From Trypanosoma brucei (taxonomy: Eukaryota), in the NCBI GenBank assembly GCA_000002445.1, contig CP000067.1, forward strand, positions 1,504,001 to 1,568,000: DNA of 64,000 bases. The letters are read 5' to 3'. Of the stretch, positions 23,471 through 37,468 are shown in pieces; positions within the stretch are counted from its first letter, which is position 1, and each line of letters opens with the position of its first letter. The translations under genes and the position numbers were made by a program. The notes below the pieces were generated by a model, which had not been told where the DNA came from, made no database searches, and saw only the letters and a program-made list of their open reading frames with translations.

Positions 23471-23749
23471 CTAACCAAAATACATAAAATAAACAATGTT
23501 AATCGGAATAACATTCATTTTATATAACCTATCACCATACTTCTTTACACTATTATGTCACTGCTATACGCATTTTTCAAAATTTAAACTAATTTGCACA
23601 TTTTCATAAAAACCTCTAAAATATCACAAATGTAGCAATTCTCTCAAAAAGTAAATACTAATAAATATTGAATAAAACATTTTACAAAAATTTATTATAC
23701 AAGCGAAAATGCATGCAAAAGGGGAGCTTTAATCACAACAGAATTTCTT

Positions 23750-25135
23750 CCTGTTGATGTCGTATATTACTTCTCTTCCGGAAAGCATCTTTCTTCCTCC
23801 GTTTTTTTTCATCAAAGTCGCAACCTTTTTCATCTTTGCATGGTGTCTTCGTTGTGTGTATTGTACATTCATCTGCTGGTTTGGGTTGCTCTTCTGGTTT
23901 TCTTTTTTTGAGGGCATGAGGAGCTGGCTAGGTTTTTCCTTGTTTCTCGCTAGTAGACGATTTTTTTGACAGTGTAATTTGTTTCTTCTGCTGCTAGGTC
24001 GTCTATTGAGGTTATCTGTTTCAGATGTTTGTCACCTGCGTTGCATGTTTCTGTTTTGGTTTGGTTTGAATTCCCGCGTCGGCTTCGTGATTGCTTCTTC
24101 GACATTTCTTTGATCTTTGCCATACTCTTGTTCTAGTAGCTTTTCTGCTTCTTCTTTTCACTTGTCTGTAGTGTACGTTGTTGTTACTTTTTTTAAGATC
24201 CTTGTAATGGCTCCTGTAAGTGTTGGTGTTGTAGCTTGTTCTTTTAAGTTCATTCCTTGTCGTGTATAAGTTAGATCGCTCATTGCTATTTCCATTTACT
24301 TGATTTCCTGGCTTAGTTTTGTTAGTTTGTTTCTCGTGGGCAGCTCGTTGTCTGTTATGCTTCAGGTGTCATAGTCACTGCTGCTGCTTCCGGCTTCTCG
24401 TGCCAACGCTTTTGGCGTTGTTGTCAAGAGCGTACCGCTTCTGAAGCCGATGTTGGTCCCCTCTGCGGCGCGCTGACACGTCTCTGATTGGAATGCCTTT
24501 GTTCCCATAGTCTCAAAGATTGTTAGGTCGTCGGTTAGCCTGGTGCCTGCTGGTCTTGGCTTGATGGTGAAGATTGGTAGGCGGTTTCGTTGTCTAGCTG
24601 GGGTTTCTAGTTGTTCCTTCGCCTTCCTAATGCCTTGGTCCGTCGTACACTCTCCTGTTGCCGTTTGCGACAGCGCCGCCACGAGATGCTTACCAGTTTC
24701 TCCCAGAAAAGTGTTTGCTTCCGCGCTGTCTATGTTTGGAAAGTTTAGCTTTTGAAGTTCTGCCAATAGTTCTTGCGTTCCAGTTAGTTCTTTGACGGCA
24801 CCGATTCCTGATACAACCGCGTCGTATTGAGCGGCCGCTTTGTTGAGAGATGTTTTTGTTGCCGCTGTCAGTTTAATTTGCAGCAATGTTGTCCCGAACT
24901 GGGAGTTTGTCGCTTGTGCTGCTATTGCCACTCGCAGCCGAGCCGCTTCGAGAAAGTCTGCTTGGGCGTTGGCTATCTGATTTTTTAGTTTTCGTTCGGT
25001 GGCTTAAGCTAGGGCATTAAGATAGTCCGCTGTGGTGCAGAGGTCTTCCACCTTGTGCATGGCGTTGTTGATGGTAGACGTAGCTGTGAAAAATCCAGCT
25101 GCTAGGGCGGCTGCAAAAATGGTTGCTCGCATCAT
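23750..25135 (-). pseudogene. VSG: VSG pseudogene (degenerate)
   Basis: The N-terminus runs from the ATG at 25135 (MMRATIFAAALAAGFFTATSTINNAMHKVEDLC), then an in-frame stop. The N-domain ORF 24362-24931 is 189 aa. The C-terminal region 23750-24360 is heavily frameshifted, with GPI-signal-like remnants near 23755-23800. Confidence 0.65.
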
Positions 25136-27849
25136 TCTGTGTGTCTTTGGAAATTCTTTGGCCCGTTCTTGAGACTGACGCGTTGCTTCCGCCTTCGGGT
25201 TTTCGCAGTTTTTTGTTGTCTAGTGAAGTCTTTTGTAGTAAGTTTGAGGGAGGGTCTATGTGGCTTCGGTTATACAGTGTGTTTTCTTAAGAAAAAGAGA
25301 TGGCTCTGCGTCGTTTCACATGGCTCTTGTGTCTTTGTGCCGAAGTCGTTGCTATACCTCCATAAATTCCCTCGACGTTTGCATTGGCTGCACTCAATTT
25401 CTGTTTCTAAAATACTGCTCACTTGTATCTGATAGTATGATTTTCTGGTGTTGTGGCCCTTATTAGCCTATCTGTGGCGTTGGTGAAAACGGTTGTGCGC
25501 CCTGTGCCTACTGCAGCTACTTATACTTCGGTATTTGGAGTAAAATTTGTCGGCCTCTAAAAATCGTTTCAAATCCATTGTTGACGCTGCATCGCCGTGC
25601 GCTACTCGTGTGCCATCATTCACTACTTGAGCCGGGTACGGCTCTGATGTGTTCAGTATAACCGAAAACTACGTTATGCACTTGCCCGAGGCGGCACTGA
25701 CTCCGCAGCTGGCTATTGTTGCCACATGTTTGGTTTAAATCTTAGTATCGTTGTTTTTTGTAGCTAGTTTAAGCTAGGAGGTGTCCTTTGCTGGTTGCCG
25801 TAGGCGTTAATTCCGCCCCCAGGGTTTGTATGTTGCTGGTAAGATCAGATTAGTGTTTTCTCATCTGCTGCATTGCCACTGTAAGGGAGAAACTGATGTT
25901 GTCGGCCGTTATTGCTCGGTTTGGCTTAGAATGCCGGTAGCTGATGGTGCCCTGCATTGACGTAAATGGTACGCACAACCTTCTGTACCTGATGCTTGTT
26001 CAGGCGTAATTTCTGAGTACTTTTCTATGAATTGGTTTTTGTGGCTTGCCTAAGTTATAGGTGCCTTGTCGGTTCCTTTCGTGCTGCTTTCAGCGACAGC
26101 TATTGTTAAGACGGCTACTACCGTTGTTACTCTTCTGTTCTCGAGAGTTTTGGAACCTGACATAGTTTTGCAGATTGTGTGCGTCCTATAGCCATTGAAC
26201 AATTCTTTTTTGGGTTGTATAAGCTGTGCTCCATTTTAATTTATCACGGTGTTCCAGCGCCGCCATATTCGCTTAATTTCTGTTTATTGCAGCTGACGGC
26301 GCTTTCCCTGTGTGATGCGTTTACTCTTTTGGCGGAACTCACAGTAAAAGATTTATAAGTATTTGAGGCCATATAGGCATTCTTTGCCTGCTTTTTGCTT
26401 GAAGTGACCACTAGCTCGGTTTTCTATTTGATAGTTTCTTACGGGCTTGATTCCTCTTCTTGATGTTTTATCGCTGCTGCTATGAATTTGCTTGTAGGTA
26501 TTAAGTTTTGTCTGACACCTTTCATATATTTGGAAGGTCTGCGGTTTATTCATTGCTTTATTCGCGGCATTGGTTGCCATGGTCGAGTATTGTTTGTGGA
26601 TGAATTTAGTGCTGTTCAATTTTTTTTACTTTTTTCAGTAATATGCGGCGATTATGAAGTGAGAATACTGCAGAGCCGCGCGTGTTAAATAGTTTTAATA
26701 AAAAAGACAGTTAGTTAAGCCGTAAATATCAAGTCCTTAATTCCAAACCATTCCGTACCATATCAATATCTAACCATTTAACCTTTATTATCCTTAATAT
26801 CTTCTAAAGTCACATACTTTAAATGTTTTGACTTTAGTCAAATTAACAAAGCAATATCTGGCTTTTTCACGAATACGATTTGGCTTTTATTTATGCTTGT
26901 GATTACCTTGGTTTTTCTATATGGCGTTTAGGGTTAATAACTTGTCTATGTAAAGTGCCTTATTCGCTAACTTTTTTAATCAGGTCCGTTATTTTTCTAT
27001 CGGTAACAACTTTTATGTGAATTTTTCTATTTAAATTGTGTCAGCGGCTGTCTGTAACATTGACAGTGCAGTGTAAGGCCTGACCTATAAATTTTCTCTA
27101 CTTTATAAAGATCATAAGGACCTTTATACACGTGCTACTTAGAATCTTTCTGCGCTCTCATTTTCTTCTGTTGGACACAGAAATCCGTCGATACTCCTCG
27201 GTAAAGATTTTTTCCTCATAATATTATATTATTCGAAACAAATGTTGTTTCTTATTACAGTATCTGGAAAAAATACTTTGATATCGCTTCACACTTACCC
27301 ACGCCGTTTAATAATTTTCTCCTTCTCCTCCTTCTTTCTGTTCCTCTTCTTAACCGCACATTACGATACACCATCAGATTAAAAATAATGGTCCCCAACA
27401 TTATCCCCGCCTTAGCATCGATACGTTTTTTATTAAAAGACTGGATAACATTGTTAACTCTTGACGTATCATTTTCTTCTGTGCTGTTTTGTATTATGTT
27501 ATCGCTCATCATATTTTTTCCTTCTCTTTTCGTTGCTACCACTGTCTCCGTGGGTGACATAGTGTCTGCACCTACCCTTTACACCGGACTCTGCTACTCC
27601 CTAATATAACTCCCACTCATCTCCTTGTGCATGATGATAACTTTCATCGTTTTTTTTTGAAGTTGCGTGAACCCCATCTCTTTATCTCTCCATGCCATTC
27701 TGCATTCACTTCAGTAATATTTCTCGTGCTCTTCCACCATCTCTAACTATCCGTCCAACTCACTCTCAGTCACTAGGTCTCATTTTCCCCTTGTATTTGA
27801 TTCATGTGCTTGTATTTTTGGCTTTCACTCGCTTTTTTCCTATATTATT

Positions 27850-27930
27850 CTAAAATTAGTATATACATAACTCACAATGCTATCCTATCATTATCATTAT
27901 TCTTATTATTAATAATACTATTACCCTAAA
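27850..27930 (-). repeat. 70-bp-repeat-type element
   Basis: tatatacataactcacaatgctatcctatcattatcattattcttattattaataatactatt. Confidence 0.55.
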
Positions 27931-28131
27931 TAATATACATAAAATAACCATAGCAAATGTTAGAATAGTACTTATTTTTCATACCCTATAACCTTACTTA
28001 TGTAAACACAGAAAACACTTTCATATAAAAATCTCATTTTTCAAACGCTTTGATAAAAGGTGTCAAAATATAGCAAAACTCTAAAAAATAGAAAATTCAT
28101 AAGAGAAGCAGCAATCAGAGCAATTTTTTAC

Positions 28132-29755
28132 TTACGAGAAAGCTGGAATCCTTACAAGTTTCGCCTTCCTATTTACAACTTTTGTCATCTTCACATTTTG
28201 TCTTATCAGGGATGTGTCTGACACACCCAGTTGTAGTTGCTGCTCCTTCTTGGTTTTCTGTTTCTGGTCTATTCCTGCTTTAGTTTTGAATTCATTTTCA
28301 GTTTTATCATATTCGCAAGAGTCTGTTGGGAAACGGGTTTCATTGTTGTTGAATTTAGCGCATTTATTCTGCTGCTCTACTGTTTGTTGCCTGGGCGTTG
28401 TTGGTTGTGCTGGAGTTGGAAATGATCCTCCTGCTGCTGCCGCTAACCCTCCTCCAAGCAAAGCTGTCTCTATTTGCGTTTCCACAGCTGTTGGTTGAGA
28501 AAGTAGTGCCAGTTGTTCTGAAAAGATGTCTTTGATCGTGTGAAGTTTGGCTCCAGCGCTTCGAGCCTTGCCTATCCATGGAATCCCCGCCTTGTCTTTT
28601 ACTGCGCTGTGTAGTCAATGCAAGCGCCTTTGCTCGCTGTTGAGGCTAGGGCCGTGTCCGTGGCGCATGTCGGGTCGCTGTTGTGGAGCGTGTGGTGACC
28701 AAATAAATTATTTCGCTTTGCTACTAGTGCCGTGTTATCATGGCCGCTTGTTACCGCTATGAAGTTTCGGCCCATGTGTCTGAGGTAAGCGCCGAGCGCG
28801 GCGTTTAGTGCTTCGCTATTTAATGGCACTGTAATTGCCGTTTGCATTTCTTTGCAGTGGCTGACTAGCTTCTGCCATTGTGTTCGCGCTTTTGTTTGGT
28901 CCGCTGCGCTGGCCATCTCGTGTTCTGCTGTGTTAGCTGATTCCCCGCAATGTCGGTCGCCTGCAGCCCGAGCTTTGACTGTGCAGATGCATAGTGCATC
29001 CGTTGCAAGGGCGCCTCCTGCATTTTTACCAGGATTTATTGTTTCTGTGGCACAGTTTGTGTCCGTGTCGCCAGCATTCCACGGGAACGTGCTTGGCTCC
29101 GGGATGGCTGTGTAGGGTGCCGCACTTTCAAGAGCTGCGTCGGCGTCTTTTGGTCTTGCTGCGCTTCCATAAAGTGCTTCGATCATTTCTTGTCTGGCCG
29201 CTTTGACTATGTTTTTGATCCTTGCTTGTTTTTTGCCTATTAGTTGCTTTACATGTAAACCCCTTTTGACTAGCTCGGCCATTACTTTCCGCACCGCCTG
29301 TTTTCTAGCTCCATTTAACGGTAACTCAAACTTTTTGAACTTTGATTTATAAGGTTCCTTGTTGTTTCACAGCTTTGGATACTCGTTGAGCATTATCTGC
29401 CTCACATCCGCCGTTATTGCATCGAACTTTTGTTTCACTGAAGGCTTTGCATCTGTTAGATCTTATGGTTTTTTTATGGATTTTTCTTTACTAGCGCAGC
29501 TGCCATATCGTTGTCAATTGCTGTTAAATTGAGTGCGATAATTGTGTCTACAATTTCTTGTGCTTTGGCTTCTACTGCTTGTCTATCGGTTTCCGACCCC
29601 GCTGTTAGCACGGGGAGCGGCGGTTTCTGTATTAAGATATTGTAAAAGGTGCAGATATCTCTGAACCCTTAGACGTTTTCGTGCGTTGCTTCGGATAATG
29701 CGGTGACGGCAACAAGGCTAATCAAAAACAAAAAACCTCGCCTGCAACAGGGCAT
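28132..29755 (-). pseudogene. VSG: VSG pseudogene (in-frame stops in N-terminal third)
   Basis: A signal peptide follows the ATG at 29755 (MPCCRRGFLFLISLVAVTALSEA), then stops. The body ORF 28599-29294 is 231 aa. The Cys-rich C-terminal ORF 28132-28485 is in a different frame. The 16-mer-like ggtgtcaaaatatagca at 28059-28075 is downstream. Confidence 0.75.
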
Positions 29756-31489
29756 ATCGGGTATCGCTCTTTGACTGAAACAGAAGAAATTAAGAGAAAA
29801 AAGACAAGTTTGCATTCAGTTTGCAACCGATTGTTTGAGTTAGTCGGAGGCTGTTCAATGGCTATCTGTACCGCGCTTACGGTGCATAAAAATAGAGTAG
29901 GCGATCCATTTTCCTAACCGTTGACATTCACTCTATTATAGCAAAAGCACTCCAAAGGCTTGTGGAATAAGTAGAACAAAAAATGATTACCATTTCTATT
30001 TAAGGTTTCAGCCGTTAGTTTTTATGTGTTTCTATCTGGTTTTCTGGATGCCTGTTTTTTCACCTATATTTTAAGTTGAAATTTATCCCGTTGATAAAAT
30101 TCTAATGCATATGCACTGTAAACCTATTAAATTTGTCTATCTCTTGAACATTAAAGACATCCCTGTGCACCAAAAAACATGACTATGCTAGTGATAACTA
30201 TAAATATACTTTTTATATTCGTCTACTTATTCTATTTGATCCAAGATTTCACTTATCGATGGTCACTATCTGAAAAAATCCATACTGGTTCTAAGATGTG
30301 CATGCCAAGGTCGGCGTGTTTGCTATTCAACAGCCTGTCACCATTATGTCTCGGCGAATTAGAGCAGCTGCTAGTTGTGCTGTTGTTTCTACAAAGGTTC
30401 GGGTAAAGTTTGGCCATTGGCGCAGCATCTGTACTGCTTTTTACCTCTTTTTTAATTTGCTTGTGTTAGTGCAGTTGGTAGTTAAGCCGCAAAATTACTC
30501 AAACATTGCTGCTTGGATATCCGATTATTTTACCCTACTTCTGTTAGCTTTTGTAGCTGTTGCAGTTTCAGCAGCTTCAACTTTCCTGCTGCAACAGAGC
30601 GGCTCCAAGTGCTGCATAACCTTTTCTGGCTGCTCCATCACTTCCGTTGTTATTGTTGTTTTCTTTTAAATTTGATCATATAGAAAGCCGTATGGGGATT
30701 AAATTAATATAGGAAATGTCTTTTAGATTTCCTTCTCCTACATTATTAAGTAAAAAGGATTTCAATCTTCTAGCTCTCCCATTTAAAAATACTTGTCGCG
30801 TCTTTGTGTACTGTAATCTAGCGAAACGAATAAATGATTGTTTCTATCTAATGACCACCCTAAATCGCTGTTATTTAGGGCTACAAAGGTCAAGTGTCTC
30901 TAACCTATTTTGTGATTCTATTATGAATTTTTCTTTGATTTTCCTTTTCGTTCTTAATGTGCATTTCCACTTGATTGTAATCTATAAATTTTGTGCTAAT
31001 TTTGGCATCTTGTGCACATTTCAATGCACTCATCAGCTTCTGTTCCCTCTTTTCTCCACCTGTCTTCGTGTGGTTTGTAACAATCGTATTTTAAACGTGA
31101 TTTCCGCCACTTTACGCTTACTCCACTGTGTTTGTTTGCTTTGAATTCATTGTAGTGAATTCATCTAAAAACTTCACTCCTCGAAGAGATATTGATAGCA
31201 TATAAAAGTGTCGATCTTAGTGACCTTTAACTTTAACCCCTTCTTTTCGTCAGTTACAGCGACTCAATTTTTCTCTACACTGAATTATATCTCCCTCATT
31301 TCCTCGTGTATTATGGTGCCCATAGTTGAGTTTGTGTTTGAATATTCTGATTTTTCATCTTTCTATCTTTCTACTTTTGTTATAGTATTTTTTGTGCTGT
31401 CTAATTCATTCACCTCATCCCATAGCGTTCTTTACATTTTTTAACTTCTTTTCGTTCTTGGTATTTTTGTGCCGGTAGTCTTATTATAA

Positions 31490-31545
31490 TTTTAGTATGT
31501 AAACACTAACAAAACTCTAGTATCATTAGTATCGTTCTTTCTAAA
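31490..31545 (-). repeat. 70-bp-repeat-type element (short)
   Basis: agtatgtaaacactaacaaaactctagtatcattagtatc. Confidence 0.4.
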
Positions 31546-31779
31546 CCATTAAGCAGAATTAGAATAACACTCATTTTCATCTCCTCTCACCCGAATATGT
31601 TACACCCACATTATACTTTCATACCAAATTTTGATATTTTTAGATTATTTGAAAATTTCACTGATTTTCTCATTTTGATCAAAAACAGTTAATATATATC
31701 AGATTTTATCATAATTTTTTTAATTATATAAAAATATCAAAAATTTTGTAAGAAAGTAGCAAGTGAGTGTAAATAATCC

Positions 31780-33334
31780 TCAACATGCTACTAAACTTAC
31801 TATAAAAGCAGCTACAGTAGGAGCCAATTTCTTATTTAGGAGAATACTTGACTCTTTCATTTTTTCATTCCATTTTCAACCAGGAAACTTTCCAGAATCA
31901 TTGTCTGCGTTTACTGCACATTTATCCTCTTTCTTTTCTTCCATTTTGGACACGACTGCCACGCAAGTTTCAACTTTATTTCGCACCCATCTTCTGTTTT
32001 GCACTTATTTTTGTCGGTTATCGCTGTGCATTTGTCGCTTTGTTCTTTAGCTACTGTGAGTTTGTTGGTGAGGCTTTTTCTTGGGCTCTCTCTGCCAGAT
32101 CCTTTCCAAGGTAATAAGCTAAAACTTCTGCTCCATCAGCCGTGCCTGCGAGTGCTATTGGTGTTCCTTTTATCGGTTTCTCTCTTATTTTTATCGATAT
32201 TTCTGTTTTCTCTATTTCGTCGGTTATTTTTGTTTTGAAGGTTGCTGGATCCTGTGGGAAGAACTTGTGTATGAGGGCCTTTTTGTCTTCCTCTGTTTTA
32301 GGTGCTTTGGACCCCGGCGAAGCTAGATACGGTAGAATTTTGATTAACTGCTTGTCAGCCTGAAGTTGCTTGGCATTGCCTCTATGCATCTTCAGTGCCG
32401 GACTGTAAGTAGCTTTTTTTTAGCTCGCAAATAGTTTCCGCAAGATTTGCTGCCGAATCTGTTCGCCAGGAGCCGTCTTTAGTTGCTCCCTTGCATTTTC
32501 CTTCTTTGTTTGATTCGAAAAGTTGTGTTTTAGCTGGCGTTGGCTTTATTTTAGTTACTGCTACTGTTGTCCCTAACACATTTGAGGCTGAGTTCGGAGT
32601 TCCTTTGTTGCCGTATTCGGTGCAAATGCCACCTACCGTTGTGGCCCCTGCGGCGATCGAATTTACTGTTTTTCCAGCTGCCGTCACTGTAAAAGAATGC
32701 CACGCGAATTGGTCATCTGTTAGCAAATTCATATGTGTGGCTGCTTTGTAACGACGTTGGCGGCTGTTATCTTTCCCGGGTTTCCTGATTCTAGGGTGCA
32801 GTTGGAGTTTTCACTTAGTTTTAGTTTTAGTGTTGTTTCGCATGTATAGAGTGCGGTGTTGCCCCATGTTGTGGCTCCGCTTCCGCTTTTTGTTGCTGAA
32901 AGCTCTGCTTCAGTGTTTGACAACTGGTGCAACAGCCTTAGTTTGCCTACCCGCTGGTTTAGCAGGGCGATTGCCTCGCTGAGTGCCGCTGTGGTTGCTT
33001 TATTTTTTTTTTCTGTTTCCGCCGCCGCTTGCTTAGCTCGCAAGTGTAGTGCTGTAAATGCTATTTTGAGTTTGGAATCTGAAGCTGCTGCCGCTGCCAG
33101 CCTGTATGCTTCTGTTGTTTTGATTGCTGTTGTTGTTTCGTCCGCTGCCTCGCTGTAGGCGTTACGTAGCTTTTTAGCCAGTTGGAAGTGATACCTTGCT
33201 TCGCTGCATGGATCCGTCACTGCTGGTGTTGCTTCGTCTACGTTTTCTGGTGCGGCCTGGACTATCGTACCGAGTCTTGCGACTGTACACAAAACTATTA
33301 ACAACATTTGCCCTCTGTGCGATTGAAAAGTCAT
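31780..33334 (-). pseudogene. VSG: VSG pseudogene (frameshifted)
   Basis: The signal-peptide ORF 32729-33334 (MTFQSHRGQMLLIVLCTVARLGTIVQA) is followed by ORFs 32382-32732 and 32051-32389 in shifted frames. The C-terminal tail SSILLNKKLAPTVAAFIVSLVAC ends at 31780. The 16-mer-like cagttaatatatatca at 31686-31701 is downstream. Confidence 0.75.
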
Positions 33335-35999
33335 GTTATTATACTTTGCTTGTTTGGGCTTTGGTTAAGTATGAAAAGTGTTAGGCGGTTCGGTTTTAGC
33401 TGTTATGAGACGGTATTTCACTCCTTTGTTATGTGGTATTGCTTTCGTTTGCCGGCGCTTTGTACAGTCTGTCTCTGGGCGACGCATGGGCCGTTTTTAT
33501 TAAAAAGGATTCGTAAATGTCTGGAGATTAAGTCTGGTGGCTGTCAGTGCTTTGGTATCCAGTGAATTCCATCGCTTCTTTCTTTTTCCGAAGCAAAAGC
33601 AAAGTGATACCTTGTATTCTGCATAATGATCTGTATTTACGGTTATTCCATTATTTTGTCATGTTTTATAGTCTTTGGTGTTGTTACATCCTTCACCATA
33701 TTGTCAATTCACCACTAGTTTGGGAATGACAATTTTCGAATCACCTCGACGGTTTACTTGCAGGCTTATCTGGTTTCCGTCTGAATGCCTTTTTTTCTGG
33801 AACGTTCTGTTTTTCTGGCGTCTTTCGATGTTTATTAGCTCTGTAAACGTCTTAAGTCGAATACTTCGACAAACATATCTCATTTTAGTTATTTTTTCTC
33901 GCTTTAGTTCTCTTCCTGACTGCTTTTATAAACTCTGTTTTTGCGGTTTATATTTTATGTTATTTTATTTGAGTGCGGAATATTATGAGTACCTTTGTAA
34001 GTTTCTTCTCGGATATGAGTGGTTTGAAAAACTCGGGTTGTTATTGCAGTGAATTTATTTTTATAATGATAATATATCTTTCTTTTATGCTACTTTAACA
34101 CATTTTGTTCTGCATCTGCTGTATTTAGGTTTCTCTGTGACTGTTTTAGCACAGGTGTGCTTATAGCACGAAAGAACATATTTTTGTATCGGATAATTCG
34201 AATCTTATGCTTTCTATTACGCTTTAATTTCCTTCGTTAGTTTGTACTTATAATTAAAAAAGAGCACTACCTGTCTGGCTCTCTCAACTGTGTGCTTGCG
34301 CCTATTTTTTACTATGATTGGTTTTAGTATGCTTGCGTTTAAGAGTCGGCCATTTGTGGCCAGACCTCATATTTTTGTGGCCTGCTTGTTTACGGTGTCG
34401 TTCCAGTGGCTGAGGATCGGTCTTTATTCCAATGTAAGTCAGTTAGTGCTTCACGAGTTTCAGCGGACTATTCGTGATCCAATAGGGAATCAGAGGTGTA
34501 CCATTGCAAATTCTCTCCACTTTTAAAAGTCCAGCTAAATTGTTAGACCTGTGCAGCCTTTTTGAGCAGTTTCAGCGTTTTTTTGTTTTTTGTGCCTACA
34601 GTAATCTAGCAGGAGTCCAAGCTTTGAAAATTTTCTGTCAAAAGTATTATATTGTTGCCCACAAGTGTTGGACATTATCACTATGTCCAGTGAGAAGAAA
34701 TTAGATATGACATCACAGTTACACAATCCACTCCTCATGCTTTTGCTTCTTTGTATTTTTCTTCAAATCCAAACATTTGTATATGCCATCAGATTAAAAA
34801 AATAGTTTCCATTATAACCATATATGCAGTAGAACATATGCAGTTTTGAGTAAAATACTGGGCATTATTTCGAGTTTACACTGTGATCATCCGTCGAAAC
34901 TTACAATGATACGCAAATAAAGTGCATACATTTGAAGATAGCTCGGCTTCACATTCTATACGTCGAATGCCTCGCTTTGTACAGCGACATTCATAGCACC
35001 AAAAAAAAGTTGGTGTTGTTCTTTTTCAAATGATTCCTTCTATTTTAGACTTAAGTGCTTGCATTCCGTCACTTGTACCATTTCTTTTTAATGTTAATCT
35101 ATTTCTTAGTACTTTTCTTCTATTTTATAGATGCTGAGAGCTGTAAGGGAGATGAAATACCTTTTAAAAATGACGTTTCAAGTTCATTTGGTGCCTGCTA
35201 CGCCGGATGAAATAGTAGTCTCGCAAGCCGCCGCATCTCTGATCTACTATATATGCGATTTGGGGTCAATTTTCTGCTTTGTGTAGTTGAATATAGGAAA
35301 AGACAAAACCCTCGATACCATCTAATAACATCACCAACTTACTACAGCACAAGAGTTACCAAGGCTAAACTTTCCAACAATATGTTATGATGCAATAACA
35401 CTTTATTTTTGTTTCCCTTCTCTTTTATTGTGGTTTCTTTTGCTTGCTGTTATTTTTTAAAAATTGGTGCTTGTTTGACAACACTCCACACGTTACACCC
35501 GCATCATCAACAACTTACATTGTCAGTGCTTTCGATGTTTACTTGTCTCAAGAGGAAGAAGAACTTTTAGACAAAATTTTCGGACGTTACCAGTTGAATA
35601 CACTTCATTACATTGTGGTGTGCAAATAATAGAACATAGAAAAGAAAAATCAAATTGGTAAAACAGTTATTGAGAGCATATCAGTGGCTTTTATTTTACG
35701 TAACTTCTACTTGCGCTGCTTATTTATATTATTTGTGGAAAATCATTTACTCTTTATATTGGACTCTGTCTGATTCTTACTCTCCACTTCATCATCTCCT
35801 TGTGTATAGTGATACCATCATCATTTGTTTGAAATTGCGCATTTTTAATATCCACTCCTTTATTTGTTTTGCTCATTCCGTTTAATAATAATTCTCTTTC
35901 CCTCTCCCACAAAGTGTTGCCTTCACCATCGCACCCCCTGAGGTTGCACCATTGCAATTTTTTAAGAGATATTTTGACGAAATTCGTTCAGCACTACAA

Positions 36000-36070
36000 C
36001 TATTACTATATTATTAGTATATACACACACAAAACGCTTATCTATCATTATTATTGAAACGTTAATTATT
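36000..36070 (-). repeat. 70-bp-repeat-type element
   Basis: tattagtatatacacacacaaaacgcttatctatcattattattgaaacg. Confidence 0.5.
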
Positions 36071-36405
36071 GTCAATAAAATAAAAGGACAGTTAAAATTA
36101 AAATACCGCCTATTTCAAATACCAGATCACTACACTGCTTTAGACTTGTATGAAATTATTATGCATATTTTACTAAATTTTATGTTTTTCAAAAATTTAC
36201 CAATTTTCAAATTTTCATGCAAAAGTATTAAAATATACCAAATTTATAATATTTTGGCAAATTCTGTAAAGAAAGTAAATTTTATGAACTACATAAAATT
36301 GATCTAAAATCATTAAAATAATAAATCCCTACAGAACTAATATAAGAAAAAATTCGAGAAAAATTTTCTATTTGAGAGAATACTACCATTTCGGTATTTC
36401 TTCTT

Positions 36406-36609
36406 TTATGTAACATATTCACCGTGTTTACCCTTTCCAAATGCACAATTCTGTTTGTCATCTACTTTTTCATTTTCCCAACTCGTTTTATCACTATGTT
36501 GCTTACAGTTAGAGTGTGTTGCCCCCTCTGGTTGCTCTTCTGCTCCTGCTGCTGTATTTTCTGCTCCTGGTTTATGTTTGCATTCCCCCTTTCCATCTTT
36601 TTCTTCCAA
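36406..36609 (-). pseudogene. VSG: VSG C-terminal domain fragment
   Basis: The 67-aa Cys-rich ORF (ECKHKPGAENTAAGAEEQPEGATHSNCKQHSDKTSWENEKVDDKQNC) is typical of a VSG C-terminal domain. No N-domain is attached, and a 16-mer-like element lies at 36224-36240. Confidence 0.5.
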
Positions 36610-37072
36610 TTTTCAACCTTTGTTTGTGCAGATCGTGTTTGTTTTGTTGTTATTTCAGCCTGTTGTAGGAAGTTCTGCTGAATCTTCCCGTGTGTTCGTT
36701 GAAGAGAAGCCCCATAAGAAGCGCCGATCTGAAATTCACAAAAGCAGAATTACGGCGCCGTGTGACGATACGGGGCTGAAAACAAATATGAGAAAAATTT
36801 AAGTGAAGATGGACGGCTGTTTAATAAGGGACAGGATGTGCAGAAAAAACGTTGTGTTGCTAAAAAATTTTTTTAAAATATTGTAAAAAACAATAAAAAA
36901 AATTAAAAAGATATCAAAAATTTTAAATAGTTAAAAAACTAAGCACCACTGCAGAACTGGGGTCAAATAAGGGTTAGGTTCCGCATAAAAAAAGAGCTCG
37001 TGCATCAGTTAAAAAAAATCTATAGTCGTGACGTTTCACAACTGGTAAAAAAAAACTTATTAGTAAGAGGAG

Positions 37073-37097
37073 AAATAACCCTAACCTTAACCCGCTC
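37073..37097 (+). repeat. degenerate telomeric hexamers (aaccctaaccttaaccc)
   Basis: A short, decayed CCCTAA tract sits at the position homologous to the perfect tract at 11498-11590. A second remnant, gataaccctaaaaatcctaaaaaa, is at 37291-37314. Confidence 0.55.
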
Positions 37098-37408
37098 AAG
37101 AATTAGTTTATTTTTTATTTGAGCGTAACTTTTGCCCTCTGCGGCGACATTCTCAAAAAACGAAAAAAACGAAGGTAAATAATTTTTAAAAATGCGCGAG
37201 ATTTTATAAAATCCGCCAAAAGACACAAAAAATGGAAAATCGATCTAAAAAATTGAAAAAATTTAACCTTCAAGCATTTTTTCTAAAGAGATAACCCTAA
37301 AAATCCTAAAAAAATTCAACAGGAAAAGAAAAAAATTTTTGGTCGCCAGAAAATATTTTTTTTCAGAATCAGATTTTTTACAAACACACACTTTTTTGGT
37401 GAAATTAG

Positions 37409-37424
37409 GTGTTAAAATATATCA
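37409..37424 (-). promoter_or_regulatory. VSG 3' UTR 16-mer (perfect)
   Basis: gtgttaaaatatatca. Confidence 0.8.
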
Positions 37425-37468
37425 AATAGCAAAATTTTAGCAAAGGAAAAATTTTAAAGGGGAAGAGA

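Noticed and set aside
27255-27560. Minus-strand ORF encoding a 101-aa Arg-rich protein
   Set aside because: It has no family resemblance, sits in AT-rich spacer and contains an RRRRRR run typical of random translation of purine-rich DNA.
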